DNA of 64,000 bases from the human T2T-CHM13v2.0 reference genome, Homo sapiens: NCBI RefSeq assembly GCF_009914755.1, contig NC_060925.1. The stretch is one strand, 5' to 3'. Below are positions 27,708-42,789 of this stretch, piece after piece. Under the pieces are notes generated by a model that was not told the origin of the DNA, made no database searches, and worked only from the letters and a program-made list of their open reading frames with translations. Position 1 is the stretch's first letter; each line of letters starts with the position of its first letter. Made by a program: the position numbers and the translations under genes.

Positions 27708-28181
27708 TATTGGGAGACACTCCTTTATGGGTCTCTTGCACTGCTGCATGCTTTGTTGTTCCCTGTTTTGTTGGGAATGCCAAGAATGAAAGACCCAAGT
27801 AGAGGATAAAAAGTAAATGCTTTTATTCAGGCCATTTCTTACAGGATGAAGTAATGTCTTCCTCTGAGAAAAAGAGCAGGCTTACTTACTGGCTTCTGGA
27901 AAATACTAGGTTCCCTAAACTCAATATTGTTCTCTTGTAACAGACACTACTGCATGTACACACATCCATAATGGCCAGCCATGCTATCCCTATGGGAACT
28001 GGGGCTTAGGAAACTGACACAAACATGTTGACTTTCTGCCTATTGTTTTTGCTGTGAGAAATAAAGTTTTATATCTCTGACCCAGGAGTCTTGTGTTTTC
28101 TACCAGCATCAGTGAGATTGTGGCAAGCTAACATTAGCTTGTAAGTAGGGTATAATCTCAGATGCTTTGCAGTTATTGACT
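27708..28181 (+). mobile_element. ERVL solo LTR, LTR40-like
   Basis: t.ttgggagaca..atgggtctct start; aataaag..tctctgacccaggagtct..gtaagtagggtataatctcaga..ttgac end. Confidence 0.75.
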
Positions 28182-29268
28182 CAGATTTCTACAGTCTTTT
28201 TTAGCACAGTTGCAAAAAATAAAGTATTAGGAAAACTGAGTTCTTACCTAGGCTCTGCCATTAACAAATTATGCCAAAGAATAGTTACTACCTTTTCTTT
28301 CTGGAATAATTTCTTCCAGAAATTATTGAATAAAATGAGGAGAGGAGAGAGAAATGAAGTAGGTGATGGGAGTTTATAGATAATTAGTGACTTAAAAATA
28401 GCATTCATGTCTTAGGAATTCTTTGTTATTGTCTCACCACTACAAGATACAGCACATATCAATAAATTTATGTTCTATTTTAGCCCAAGGGACTTGGGAA
28501 CCTCTTAGAAGCCTTAATAATTTATTTCCCTTAGCCCATACTTATTCTACATTAAGTGATGTGCATATGTTCTGTGTATATATGATGCCTTATTCGGTGA
28601 AGATAATTAACTTCTCATTGAACTCAAAATACATAAACCATTTGGATTATCTCTGGGTCCATTTAGTTTTAATAATTCTTAGGTCCCTATTCATTTGGGG
28701 TATTATGGAATGTAGACATCTTTAGGAGAACAACTATTTGTTTGTTGTTTGAGACAAAATTATTCTGAGACTAAATCTGTAATGTGATAATTTTCAGGGA
28801 AGAAGAATAATAGGAGAACGTGGATTGCTCATATGTGTTGCCTGCATTATGCCACTTTCACTCATAAACTCAGTATGGTGCTAGCTGATCTACAGAGAGA
28901 GGAAGGAATATACATATCTCTGCTAAGGGAGGAGCTCATACACCCTACAATCTAAATTGATTAAGAGCCTGGTAATTTATATATTGCAACATTGAAAAAG
29001 TCAGTTGCTTCTGCCTCCAACCAAAGCAGTAGAGAAATAGCTACAAAGCATCAACCTTGACATCAAAGAAGACTAACACACTTGCTGTGGGAAGTCTGTG
29101 AAATTTGAGGGCACAGACAAGACTAAGGGTATTGCCCTTCCAACCAACCACAGCAGTTCAGATTTCCTCAATGTAGCTGCTGTTTGGTTGAGAGAAAACA
29201 AAGAGGATAGTAAGTGAGGCATTGGAGCTATCAGCATTCAAAGCCTTTTCTACTTAAAAATCTTTCCC

Positions 29269-29614
<346 letters not shown>

Positions 29615-30350
29615 CTAATGTTATTAACAAATTAAATTAACTGTATTGGAAGGCTACTAGGTTTTTGAGCAAATTGTTTTGTCAAAGAAGCCACGAGCCT
29701 TGTCTGCTATTACAGATGTTCAACCTTTAAAGAGAGTTCTGTGTCCCCAGTCTGCAGCGGTACAAAATGGGCCATGCAAGCTGCTCAGCCCCAGTGCTTT
29801 CTTGATATGTAGTCATGGAGCATAGTGTCCAAGAAACAACTTCCAGAGGACACAGACAAGAGCCACAGAGGACAAAGAACTTGAGAGTTCTTCCCAGAGC
29901 ACAGAATGAGTGGCTGCCCATAGAGTTATCTAAGGAACATACTATACTGCTGGAAAAGTGAATCTTGACTCTTCCAACTGGCAGGAGCTGATCATTGGTG
30001 TATAAATGGCTGCTGTTTTGGGTTTTTTTTGTTGTTGTTGTTCTCCTCTTCTCAGAATGAGAGTCCTATTGCAGTTTTCTGGTTGATATTCCACCATAGT
30101 ATTTTGGGGTTGCGTATGACAGAAAAAACAAAAACAAACAAACAAAAAACTTATTTTAACCCAGAGATCATCAGACAACATGTCACATTCAGGCTGATGA
30201 AGAAGAATGTGAATCACTCAGAGATTCTAGCCCTCAGTTATCTAGAATCTTGATGAAGAAACCATGGTTTTCTATCTTTGATAGGAATGAGTGTGTTCTA
30301 TATGGACAAGGAAGGGCAGGCCTAGATATTTGCATCACAAAGGGGTAGAC

Positions 30351-30838
30351 TGTAGTAAAGACTACTGGTTTTCTTTTCATATCTATCATATCCTTTTCCT
30401 ATAATAAGATAACCACAATTTTAGGCAAAGAATACTAGCGAAGAACAAAATTTCTGACTTCCCATGCAGCTAAGTGTGGCCATGTAGGTAAAGGCCAGTG
30501 GGCCATAAGTGTAAGTGATGTCTACAGATTTGGAGAAGTATTTATAAAAGGAGGAGATGAGACCTTTTCCTTCCCTCTTTTCTTCTTCCTACAGTCTGAA
30601 GTATAGATTTGATGCTTTGAACTGAAGTGGCCACCTTGGACCAAAAAATAACCCTGGGAATGAATGTTACAAACTGGAACAAAAATCATAGAAGGGGCTA
30701 TGTCCTTGATACAGTGATGCTATTCCAAGTGCTGAACTGTCTATTGTGGGCTTCCATATGAGAGAAAAATAAAGTTGTTTAAGTCATTGTTATTTTGGGT
30801 TTTGTCACTTGCCACTGTTTCTAATTCTAACTAACACA
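30351..30838 (+). mobile_element. Old MaLR LTR, MLT1J/I-like
   Basis: TGTAG start after a purine-rich PPT-like aaaggggtagac; gcagctaagtgtggccatg; ..tttaagtcattgttattttggg..ctaactaacaCA. Confidence 0.65.
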
Positions 30839-33761
30839 GATGCTTTAGAGAAGTTGTCTAGAAAGTTATTCACAGAATTGTAATTTTTTTTGTCAGTTCT
30901 TTTCAAGTCTCAAAGGATTTTAATAGTAATGAATAAAAAATGATAAATTAGTTCTCAGAATATTCCTGCCTTTTTGGTGGAGGGTCTCTAAGCACTTTGG
31001 TTGAATAGAATTTTAATGGTGAAATAAAATGTAGATGAAATAATTTGCTTTTGTTTCTAGACCTTTGTTTTAGACATTAAGATTTCAGAAGTTATTTTAA
31101 AGAAGTCACGCTATAATTTTATAGCTTTAAGGGATCACCTAGGAAGAAGCCTATAACATGGCTGCAATCTTCAAAAAGCTGTCAACAATGTTGGAGGAGA
31201 AGCCAAGCCACTCTGAAGTGAGAAATATAAACAGAAACCCAGATGACTATGTATCTCCTGGTCTTTTAGAAGGGGTTGGTTACAATCAATACACATAGTA
31301 GTGGCCAGGAAGAACTGAAATCAATATTGGGTGATTTTTAATCTAGCTATATACATGCACATGCACTTTAAACAGTCATTTCAAAATGTTATAATAGGTT
31401 CCAGATTTTTTCTGTTATCCATCTATGTGGTAATCAGACCAATTTCTAGTCTGAAAGCGTCCTCTGTCTAAGCTTGTCTCTTTGCTGAACTCTCCTTTGT
31501 AAACAATGACAATAACAACAACAATAACCTAACATAATATTTTCCAAAACTGTTAAAAGCTAGGCCTATCTCACGTTGAATTCAACTATTGTTAAATCAC
31601 AAAAGATAATAATGTTGTCCTTTATATTTGAAGATAATGATTCTGAATCACCATCAGCAGAATACTTGCTTGGAGCTATTTTTTTTCCCAGTACTGATAC
31701 ACACTCTCTCTGAACTCCTGAAGTCATGATTATCTGTATCAAGATATAGCAGTGCATTACATTCTGCCTTTCCTTATTCTCTAATTGAGCCTAGATACTA
31801 AGTCTGATCTTACAGGAGCCATACTGAATAAAGGCTGCGATACTTCTTTCCTAACACTTCTCTTTTCTCACACCCATCAGTTAGTAGGGTATAATACACA
31901 TAAACATTTATATTATACTTGCTGATTAACAGTGATGCTGGATTTGTGTTAAGCCATCTCAGCTCTCTCATCGTGCTCCTATTATAACCAATTTTAAGAT
32001 GGTAGGCTGGGACTAGAGATATAAGTTATTAGAAATGAAAGCAAAATAAAATGAAACAAAAAACAACTAACATGCAAAGGCAAGTTCTTCTTTAGAGAAC
32101 TTAATTCTTCATTGATCTGGGGCTGGTGACAGTATATACTATGGCTAGTAATTCATTGGATAGAACAAACTGTAGCTGAATTGGTAAACTATCTTTATGG
32201 GGTGATTTCCAGGTCACTGAAATCAGTTTTAATATTTATTAATCAGCTGTTATCATGCCATTATCAATCAGGCAATTCTCTAATCACAAGACAAGGTGTT
32301 ATACATCTATATAGAAAAGTTCTTAATGGATTCACTCAGGGGCAAGACTATTTAACGGTATTACTTTACTCAGAGATGAAAGATTTTGCTCATAAATGTC
32401 TTTGGGGGGCTTCTTGAAACATCCTGTATAATTTGAAGGAAAGGGAGATTAGATCAAACACATATGGTATGAATTAATGAATAGACTAACAGTGTACTAG
32501 AAAAAAGTTAGGGAAGGTTATATTAGAAAAAGGTTAAATATTTCATTAAATAGTTCAGTACTTATTATCTTACTATTTGATCAGCTTAATAGATCAACAG
32601 TGAAGTAATTACTATTTCTTTAAGAAAAAATTGGCACAAGCATATCTGATTTTCCAGAAATATATAAGGAGAAGATAAATAAGTACATTGAGGAATATCA
32701 AAAGTCGTAGAGAATTTAAGGCAGAGACTAACAGTAGGCTTCATCTTAGTAACTGGGATAATTTCACATGCATTATGACACAGCTTACGAACCAAAGCAT
32801 TACAGTATTCTGGTAATCACTGTTCATTTGTCACTCACATTTTAAAAGCTAGCAATAGTATATGAAAATATGTTTTTGGCTCATATCATTTCTGCTACAT
32901 TTCCTTGCAAGTCCACTTTAGAAGCTAGCATCTGCCTTTCTTTTCACCCAGCTCTGTCCACTTCACCTGTAATTGCCCTCTGTGTTCCAGTCACATGGGA
33001 TTTCTATTATTCACTTATATTAGTCATTCTTTCTATCACCCCTAAGAATTAATTACATTTTGTGATAATTGCTTGTGTTGCCAAACCCCTTTTCAAAATT
33101 GACAATCTCCAAAATGTTGTGAATCAAGTTATTTTAGCTCAACTTTGTATTCCCAACACAGCATGAGACTAGGCATATAGATAATAAACTTAATAAGTGA
33201 AAAATGCTGAAGTTTTAAGATTATGACATTACTGGTTAATCTTATGTCCCAAGCATGCAGTCTACAAATGTGTTTTCTTCCTTTAAATAATTAAGAAGAA
33301 TTGGAAAACAAAATAATACAACTACTTAAGTTTTTTAATACAAAATACAAAATAATACAACTACTTAAGATTTTTTTTTTTTTTTTTGTAGTGGAGAGGA
33401 TGATATGAAAGGGAACTGATTCCACCTATTTCAAAGCAGTTTAACATATAGATTCCTCCTCCCCTGATTCTAGCCAGGTTAGAGGAAAGATAACAATGGA
33501 TTTGGAACCTATTGTGATGTTAATGTGTGGCTTATTTGCCCTAATATATGAATGCTTTTTATGACCAGGTTATATGTTTTTCTCTCTGGCTTCATAGAAT
33601 TAAGACATTGCAAAATAAGCATCCTCTGAGGTCTCATACCTTAGGAAAAAATGAATGATATTGCTTAAAATCTACTGTGGAGTGGGAATGAAGCATAGTA
33701 AGAGTCAGTCGTAAGAAAGAATTGGTTTGTGTTGCAGCAAATTTAAACAAGAGATGTGGCA

Positions 33762-34248
33762 CACACATGCACACGTATGCTTATTGCGGCATTATTCACA
33801 ATAGCAAAGACTTGGAACCAACCCAAATATCCAACAATGATAGACTGGATTAAGAAAATGTGGCACATATACACCATGGAATACTATGCAGCCATAAAAA
33901 ATGATGAGTTCATGTCCTTTGTAGGGACATGGATGAAATTGGAAATCATCATTCTCAGTAAACTATCCCAAGAACAAAAAACCAAACACCGCATATTCTC
34001 ACTCATAGGTGGGAATTGAACAATGAGAACACATGGACACAGGAAGGGGAACATCACACTCTGGAGACTGTTGTGGGGCATGGGGAGGGGGGAGGGATAG
34101 CATTGGGAGATATACCTAATGCTAGATGACGAGTTAGTGGGTGCAGCGCACCAGCATGGCACATGTATACATATGTAACTATCCTGCACATTGTGCACAT
34201 GTACCCTAAAACTTAAAGTATAATAATAATAATAAAAATAAAAAAAAA
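33762..34248 (+). mobile_element. 5'-truncated L1PA2/L1PA3-like LINE (ORF2 C-terminus + 3'UTR + poly(A))
   Basis: ORF 33756-34019 translates to the L1 ORF2p C-terminus (..TWNQPK..MEYYAAIKNDEFMSF..SLIGGN*). The 3'UTR has gatgacGAGttagtggg (non-Ta). TSD aaacaagagatgtggca / aaaaaagaaatgtggca. Confidence 0.95.
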
Positions 34249-34469
34249 GAAATGTGGCATGCATGTGACAATATTTAGGTAGGCATGAGTTTATCATAGA
34301 GACAAAATAAAATCCTAATTTTGTCAGAGGTCATTATATAGATTTGGAGATACAGAATAGAATCATTCCTACATCAAAATAAAGTGAAGAAAATTATAGA
34401 AATAATGGGGGGAGGGCACTGAAGTTATATAAGAGGATAAAGAAAGGCCATAATGTATAAATCCCTACC

Positions 34470-34610
34470 AGGAGCCAGGCACTTTATGTCTATCTTACTT
34501 AATTCTTCCACCTCTATGTGAGCTAGGTGTTACTCCTTTAACTCCATTTTACAGATGGACTAATTGAAGATAAGTGAGGTTATGTAATTTGTCTAGAGTC
34601 ATGTAGGTTA
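34470..34610 (-). mobile_element. MIR fragment
   Basis: gccaggcacttt..ctatgtgagctagg..ccattttacagatgg. Confidence 0.65.
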
Positions 34611-34653
34611 CATGGGGAGAAATTGTGTTCTCCTTTATAGCCATTCAAGTAGA

Positions 34654-35817
<1,164 letters not shown>

Positions 35818-36885
35818 AATGTATCATAGTGAAGCCATTAAAATATTACTTAGGAAGACTGAATAAAAATATGGAGACATTTTTGCAAGGTATACAATTG
35901 ATTTTTTTAATGATATTGTAAAATAAACACATGGAGATGGTATGGTTATGTGAAAATGAAAGAAGTTTTGTGAGGAGGGTAGATAATGTACAATTGATAT
36001 ACAGTACAAAGGGAAAAACTATAGAAAATATAAGTGTTTAACAAAAGACTGTTATGATGCAGAAAAGCATCTTGTAATGTTTCTTCATGCCAATCTTATA
36101 AAATATTTTGGAAAGAAAGGGAGGGATTTGTCATAGAATACAATCCTATACAGACCTACAGACTATTATTTTGCTTCATAACCATATATATATTTTTTTA
36201 ACTTTTGCCTCTAGAACTATAAAATGGAGTGTGTTTCTGGCCTTTCTCTCTATCTAATAGCAGCATATTATTTTGCCTTATTTTTTCTCATTAATTTTCA
36301 TTTCCTCTAAATTTTAGTACACATATGGAAGGAGCAGATCTCATCTTTTCAAAGTCAGAAGAGATTCTCTGGGGGAAACAAAGTTTTCTCAAATCAAAAC
36401 AAATATGAAAACAAGGAAACAAAATATGCTTTGGGCAGCCAATTCTGTGACTAAGATAATATTTTAAAAAAGTAATCCTGCTTTTCCCCAGAAATGTATG
36501 AGAAAATCTTTCTGCAAATTTCAAGCACAAGCAAGTTGCCTCCCAAATTGGCCATTTGCACTCCAGGGCTAAAGCTGAAAGCGCACAGAATTGCCTGAGT
36601 AATTCAATTGCAGGCAGAATCAATGCAAGTGTGAACGCTGCCCTGGTCAAAGGTTGGCCCTTAGGCTGCAACTTAAATCAATTTTGGGTAAGCTAAGTTT
36701 GATTACATTTTCAGTGATGAAGCTTTCAAAAGCAATTTTGGGCTTCCCTATTCAGAGGCTGTTTGGTTCCGTTCTGAATCTATACTCCTGGTTAGAGAAG
36801 CATCTATCTGTCTCTTTTGGTGATGATTAAGTCCTGGAGTTGAGGAGAAATAAGAGGAAGAAAATAAGAGGAAGGGATACAGAAA

Positions 36886-36892
<7 letters not shown>

Positions 36893-36917
<25 letters not shown>

Positions 36918-36918
36918 A
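36893..36918. repeat. (TAAA)6 microsatellite
   Basis: Read directly. Confidence 0.9.
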
Positions 36919-39713
36919 GGTGAGAGCCTATCACTAATGTGAGTCAGTAACGTAAAAAAAACTTTAAAAAATATATGACTATCACAACAATAAGACAGGG
37001 AAAAGAATTAAGGAGGATGGTAACAAGGAAACGAAAATAATAAATGGAAGATTTATCATGATGGTGATATGTGGCAGCCTAAGATTATTTTAGCATGTGA
37101 GGCTCATTCTTTCAGGTGTTGCTGGCAGGAAGAATGTTAGAGAAATACAGGTGGTTCTGCAGAATGAAGCAAAATGGGTGTAAGAAAGGATGTCAAATAT
37201 GGCCTCCAACAGGCACATGCTAGCCTGAGAGAAATAAACCCTTTCAATTTATCCTTTTCCAGCAGAGTCAAGCCTGCAGAGTTGATGTGCATCTATCACT
37301 TATGCAAGTCTTCCTAAAAAATGTGTTTACTTAGTTAATGTTAGTCAGTTTGATTATAGTTATTATCTACAGTTTGTATGCATATCATAAACTAAGTGCT
37401 CCCAAGGAGTTATAATTTTTTTGAGAAAATACAAATTTCCCTATAGTTATGGTCACTAATTCTTAGAGCAAATACTATTATTCTGCCCGTTTTAGGAAAA
37501 CATATATGTTGTTACTCTTGTCTTAGGAAGTGTTTTAGAAAACTTGGAATTCATTCTAAGTGGACTGATTAGTGACTTTAATGGTTCTTCAGCAAGAATT
37601 ATGATCTGCCTCACTAATTAAGCAGCTCCACATATGCACTAATTGGATTGACTCAAAGAAAGGAACCGAAGATTATGCAACTATCTAAAAAACACATTTG
37701 AGAGCTAGGAAACTGAAGTTGCTTCATTTCTTTAAAACTGTTGAAAGAGAAGTCTTGCTTAAAAATAGGCTAAAATTCGGAAAATCCAACCTACTATAAA
37801 TGCCTGGCCAGAGCATAGGTGAAATAACATTTCCATGCAAGCAAGTCTGGCTTGGTTTATTCAAATCTTGTCTAACTATATACTGGGTGGATAGTTAATT
37901 TGTATCTCTGCAGAGAAATCCCAATTGAATTACATTTATAAAGAAAGGAAACCCTGTCCACACTGAATAGACACATTCAATGAGGACATGCCATTTTCAG
38001 TCTTTTCCCTAGCAGTTTTATGGATTCTAAAACTGAATTTAGAGTGCTTTAGAGAAAGAGTGGCCCATTGAAATATTATTGCTTTCACAGTTAATTCCTC
38101 CTCTTTTTACCTTTATCTGGAACATCAGAATGGCCAAAAAAAGAGCCAATTTCAATTTACTTTTTCGTTTAGTGGAGTACCCTAGTAACTATGTTTCACT
38201 CTGACTAAAGAGAAATAGGAAGTTTAATCATAATGATACTCAGACCTTCATAATAATCATTTTGTTCACACGTATTCCTGGATCTTTTATTAGGGGTCAC
38301 ATTTCCATTTTCAGAGAAAGAAATCACAGCACAGAAGCGAAGATGATACAGTGGCCCAGACTTTGCCACCTTATTACGTGCTCAAACCATTGGATCCCAC
38401 TTTAGATGGAGTCAAAATTACAGGGAACACAGTGCACGCTTGATAAGTATGCTCCAAGAAACTTCTCAGAAGTGCTGGGAAAGAAATATCTCACAGGACC
38501 TCCAAAAGGCTTTGTAAGAGAAAAGATCAGGAAAGTCATACTGAAGAAAGACTCTGTTAATCTGTTTTCTTTTGACTGGAAATGTTGGCATGTTTTCATT
38601 TTTACAAAGTCCTAATAGTCACAACGCCATATACTCAAGTCACATTTTGGCCTAATTAGTTATAGGATTAGAGCTGTGTGAAATAAAATAGCAAGCAAGA
38701 ATGTCTATTCTAGTGCCTTTTTCATAGGTTACTGGCCAAGGTTGTTGCAACTGTGAACATAAAGGAAATTTCTCTGGAGAGTAAAATTCTGTGTAGAGAT
38801 GACAAAATGATTAGGCCAGCAGTGCTCTTGAGCTAAGTTTTATGGAAACTCACTACAGAGACAAGCACATTAAGATGCATTTTTTTGTCGAATAAAAATA
38901 ATTTTGAGTTCAATAACAAAAATATACAGAAGGTAAAAATATTGGCAGCACTTCTACTTTGTTAAGGAGTAAGTTTAACTTTAAAAAATAACAATCAATC
39001 AATACATACTATCTTTTAAACATGCATAGATTTCTTAGGATCTGAAAACATTACAGCTGAAAGGTAACATGGAGACTAGTTAGTCTAGTCCCCTCATATT
39101 ATAAATTGGTATGCTGAGGCCAGGCAGTAAATTGCTATGGAGCTCTCCAATTTAAGGCCAGTTTGACTCCAAGGGTAGGGCTTCTAGTAAAATTTTGTGA
39201 TTAAATTGGAAACTCTAATTTATTTTTCTATGTGTTTTTGGTACCTAATCCTCATAAGCAAGCCATATTTCAAGGCTGATCAATGACAACACCAAATACC
39301 AAAGCTTCCTTTCCCTTCCAAATTTACTGACCCTTTGTCAGCTGTGGGAAATGTATGTGCTGTACCAGTAGCTTGAAGATGCCACTGTCAAATTGCCTCA
39401 ATCTGGGAGAAACACATCAGTAGAGTAATTAATCTTGTACAACCTCTCCATCTTTTTTTTTTTTTTTTTTTTTTTACTCATTACAAGTGAATGCTTATGT
39501 GCATGGCTGATTTAATTAATAATTGTAATAAAAAGGACAATATCATAATGATATACATAGTGCATTAACAAATGAATCAAAGGACCAGTGCTGCTAATTT
39601 GTCTATCCAGTGAAATAAAGTTACACAGTTATTCAGGTTATATAGATCTGTGCTTGCCTGTGTTTACCCTTCAACATTTGAATTATACATGAGAAGGACA
39701 GAAGAGGAAACCA

Positions 39714-39900
39714 GCATTTAATAGGCACTTGTTTTAGACTAGTAGTGTATTGGCCATTTTGCATGTCCTCTCATTTAATCTTCACAATAATCCTATAAAA
39801 ATAATTTATTTTCCCCTATTTTATAGGTCAGGTGACTAAAGTATCTACAATCCTTCATGAAGGATTATAGTTTTAACTTGGATCTGCTCGATTCAAAGCT
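39714..39900 (-). mobile_element. MIR fragment
   Basis: tctcatttaatcttcacaataatcctat..cccctattttatagg. Confidence 0.65.
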
Positions 39901-40051
39901 TTTGGTGTTCCACCTGTGTAGTGGGAAAAGCACTGGAACAAGGGTAGTAAAAACGAAATTCTAGCCCTAGTTATGTTGCTTGACTTTGGTCTCTGACTCA
40001 TCCTATTTGGGTTTCAGTTTCCTCACCTATAAAGTGAAAAAACTGGTTTAG

Positions 40052-40262
40052 ACAAGAAGTTTTCAAAACAAATTATTTGGAACTGTATGACACCTTGAGA
40101 GGCTTCAAGGCCGCTATGTAATGTGATGGGTAGGAAAATAAGATTTGTCTCCAACTTAACCAAACTAACTCCAGTTTTATCTTTGTTATACATTAAGAGT
40201 TTGCATAGGTTTTATTTGGAGGAATAAAGGGTTTCATTGCTTAAGAAAGTTGGAAGAATTGA
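40052..40262 (+). mobile_element. MER112-like hAT-Charlie MITE within a MIR
   Basis: ccaacttaaccaaactaactccagttttatctttgttatacatt..aaagggtttcattgct..aaagttgga; MIR-like sequence on both sides. Confidence 0.5.
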
Positions 40263-41407
40263 CTATGTAAAATCTGAGACATCTTCTAGCTCCAATTTCT
40301 GTCAATTGACAAACGTAACTAAAGCTCCGCTAACTGATATGTGGTTTTCACTAGAGGCAATTTGGTGACCTGGAGCACCATAAACTTCAACAGTCACTCT
40401 GACTGCTTCAGCCTGCTGGTTATCGTCTCTCCCATATGCCACTAAATGACCATTTGGTGTCTATCTTCTTGAAAATACATACATGTTCCAGGTATGAGAT
40501 TGAAGAGGTAAAATATTCTCTTGCTTTACTCATACTACACTTCAGCAAATTTGTATACTTTCATGACTTATGTGATGATTATGTCTGTGTGTGTTATTTT
40601 TGTTTGGTAGAGAACGACTTGATAGGCCTGTGTAGCTGGATCAAATTCTGCCTACAACTGCAAACCTAATTTTTGTCAAATATTTATTACCAGAGCACCA
40701 AGGAAAGCCTTCTCATTAACATCTCAAAGCTGCGAGGATAAAGCAGGTTGTCTCACACAGCACTCTGTCTTCAATAATCACCAAGTCTAAATTTATTACT
40801 GCCTCTTTCAACCAAAATGAAAACCCCATCTCCTTTAAGTTGCAAGAGGAGAGATAAATTTCTATCTAAAATGGGAGTCATTCACATCTGTGGTATCACC
40901 TTTCAGGGTTCATTATAATAGGTAAAAGTAACAGAGCCCATACAGTTGCTTACTGGCATGTGGGAACATCTGAAGCAAGCAGAGAGCTGAAATATTACTT
41001 GCAAGGACACAGCTAGTTTCATATTCAACAAATCAGTTGAAAGGTACTGTTCGCTTGCATCGGTTGAATCTAACCAGGGAAAAACAGTTACATTACTCTC
41101 TCTTACTTTCTCCAGTAGACTCTTCCATTTCCTTTTGGATACTAGCTACTGACTTCTTTTTTATCTGAAAAGAAAAGAAGCCCATCACATTAAACAGGCT
41201 GGGAAGAAATTTTCTCTGATATGAAAGAGACATTCCAGAAAGTTAAAAAGCCCTGACTGCATAAAGCATTTAAAATTGGGACTTCATTATTGTCTCCACA
41301 AGGCTGCTAAGGCAGGGAAAAGACAGTTTTGATCGGTCCTTTGAATGTGTTATGTGTAATATTTCTGAGACAAATGCTTTGTTACTTTGAATAAATGCAT
41401 ACACGAG

Positions 41408-41442
41408 TACACACACACACACACATGCACACACACACACAC
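41408..41442. repeat. Interrupted (CA)n microsatellite
   Basis: Read directly. Confidence 0.9.
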
Positions 41443-42789
41443 AGATATCCCTATAGCATCATTAGGACTTGTAGAACCTATACTACAGTAAAGGATTTGA
41501 CACTATATTTTTAGGTACACCTGAGATGGGAGTTTAGCATCCACACATCATAGCAATATTATCATTACCTATTTTGGGACTCTAAGCAATGAGTCTTCAT
41601 CAATAGTGAGACTCAATTTGTACCAAATATTTCCATATATTAGGTCTCAGGAGAGGGTTGTATTAAACTAAGGCTGTGTAAATTCTAAGCACTTTGCTTA
41701 TGCAGCTTTCTTCCATCTTAATTAATTCTATTTCCCTTTAGATGGCAAGTCTTTGAATACGTGTCTTATAATAAATATTTGTACTTTTGTGGAAGTGAGA
41801 AACAAAGCGTGTACAACATGTTTTACTTATAGAAATAACTATGTTTTACTGATTACTGAATTCCCACTAAAGTGATAGCATACATTTGATGAATTGAACC
41901 CATAGATGGCAGGATGGCACCACTCAGTTCATAGTCTTTAAAGAACAGACTTGGAAGAAACATTTTTTTAGTTGCTCATGTTCAGGAAGCAAAAAACGCA
42001 CTGAAAAATAACAATAAAATAACAAATATCTTTGAATCCCCAATTTTTTATTTAATAAGAATTTTGCTATGAATAGTTGGCATACTGTCATCCATTATAA
42101 ATTTTGTTAAAGCACTTCATTCCTGAGGGCTAATATACAGTGATCTGCAGAATATTCTCTCTGCCTTTCCTTCTCTTCCCTTCCAATTTTGTACTTTTTA
42201 CAACATAGAAATCTTTCAGGAATTTTTGGACAGAGAATCTAGAGGATGAGGGATCTTCATTGTATACTAGCTTTCCTGTAGTTTTTCCACCATAAAGTTT
42301 GCTTTCTCTTTATTTTAGAAAACATACATTTTTACCTTAAGTAATTTAAAGTAATTCTATTGATGAAATTACTAAAACCTCTACTTAAAATTATAGGTTC
42401 TCTTACAATTACTGCCTAAAGCCTACAGGCCATGGAAGATAAAGGGGTTTAAGTTGTCTTCATGTTAAATCAAAACTTTTGCTTATTTCCCTCGCACCCA
42501 AAGAAGATTTGAGAAAGAGGCAAACAAGCTGAAAATGATGGAGACTTGCAGAAAAACAGAAAACATTGCAAGTTCACTATAGTATAGTTCATCAAATGTT
42601 AGGGTGTTGTATCTTTGCGGATCAGGGAGCTGCTCATATACACACAGCCATTGGGCCTATTAATCAGAAAGCAATCCTAATCAGACCAGCAGCTAGACAT
42701 AAAGGCATAACATCAGCCTTGTCTTCTTCTTTTCATAGCCTAACCTCTGAAAAGCGCAGTTTATTATCCATGTCTCTATTTCCTCATCT

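Noticed and set aside
33756-34297. 87-aa (+) and 137-aa (-) ORFs
   Set aside because: L1 ORF2 C-terminus and antisense L1 3'UTR.
36291-36671. 126-aa minus-strand ORF
   Set aside because: Non-ATG start, no recognisable domain and no convincing splice boundaries.
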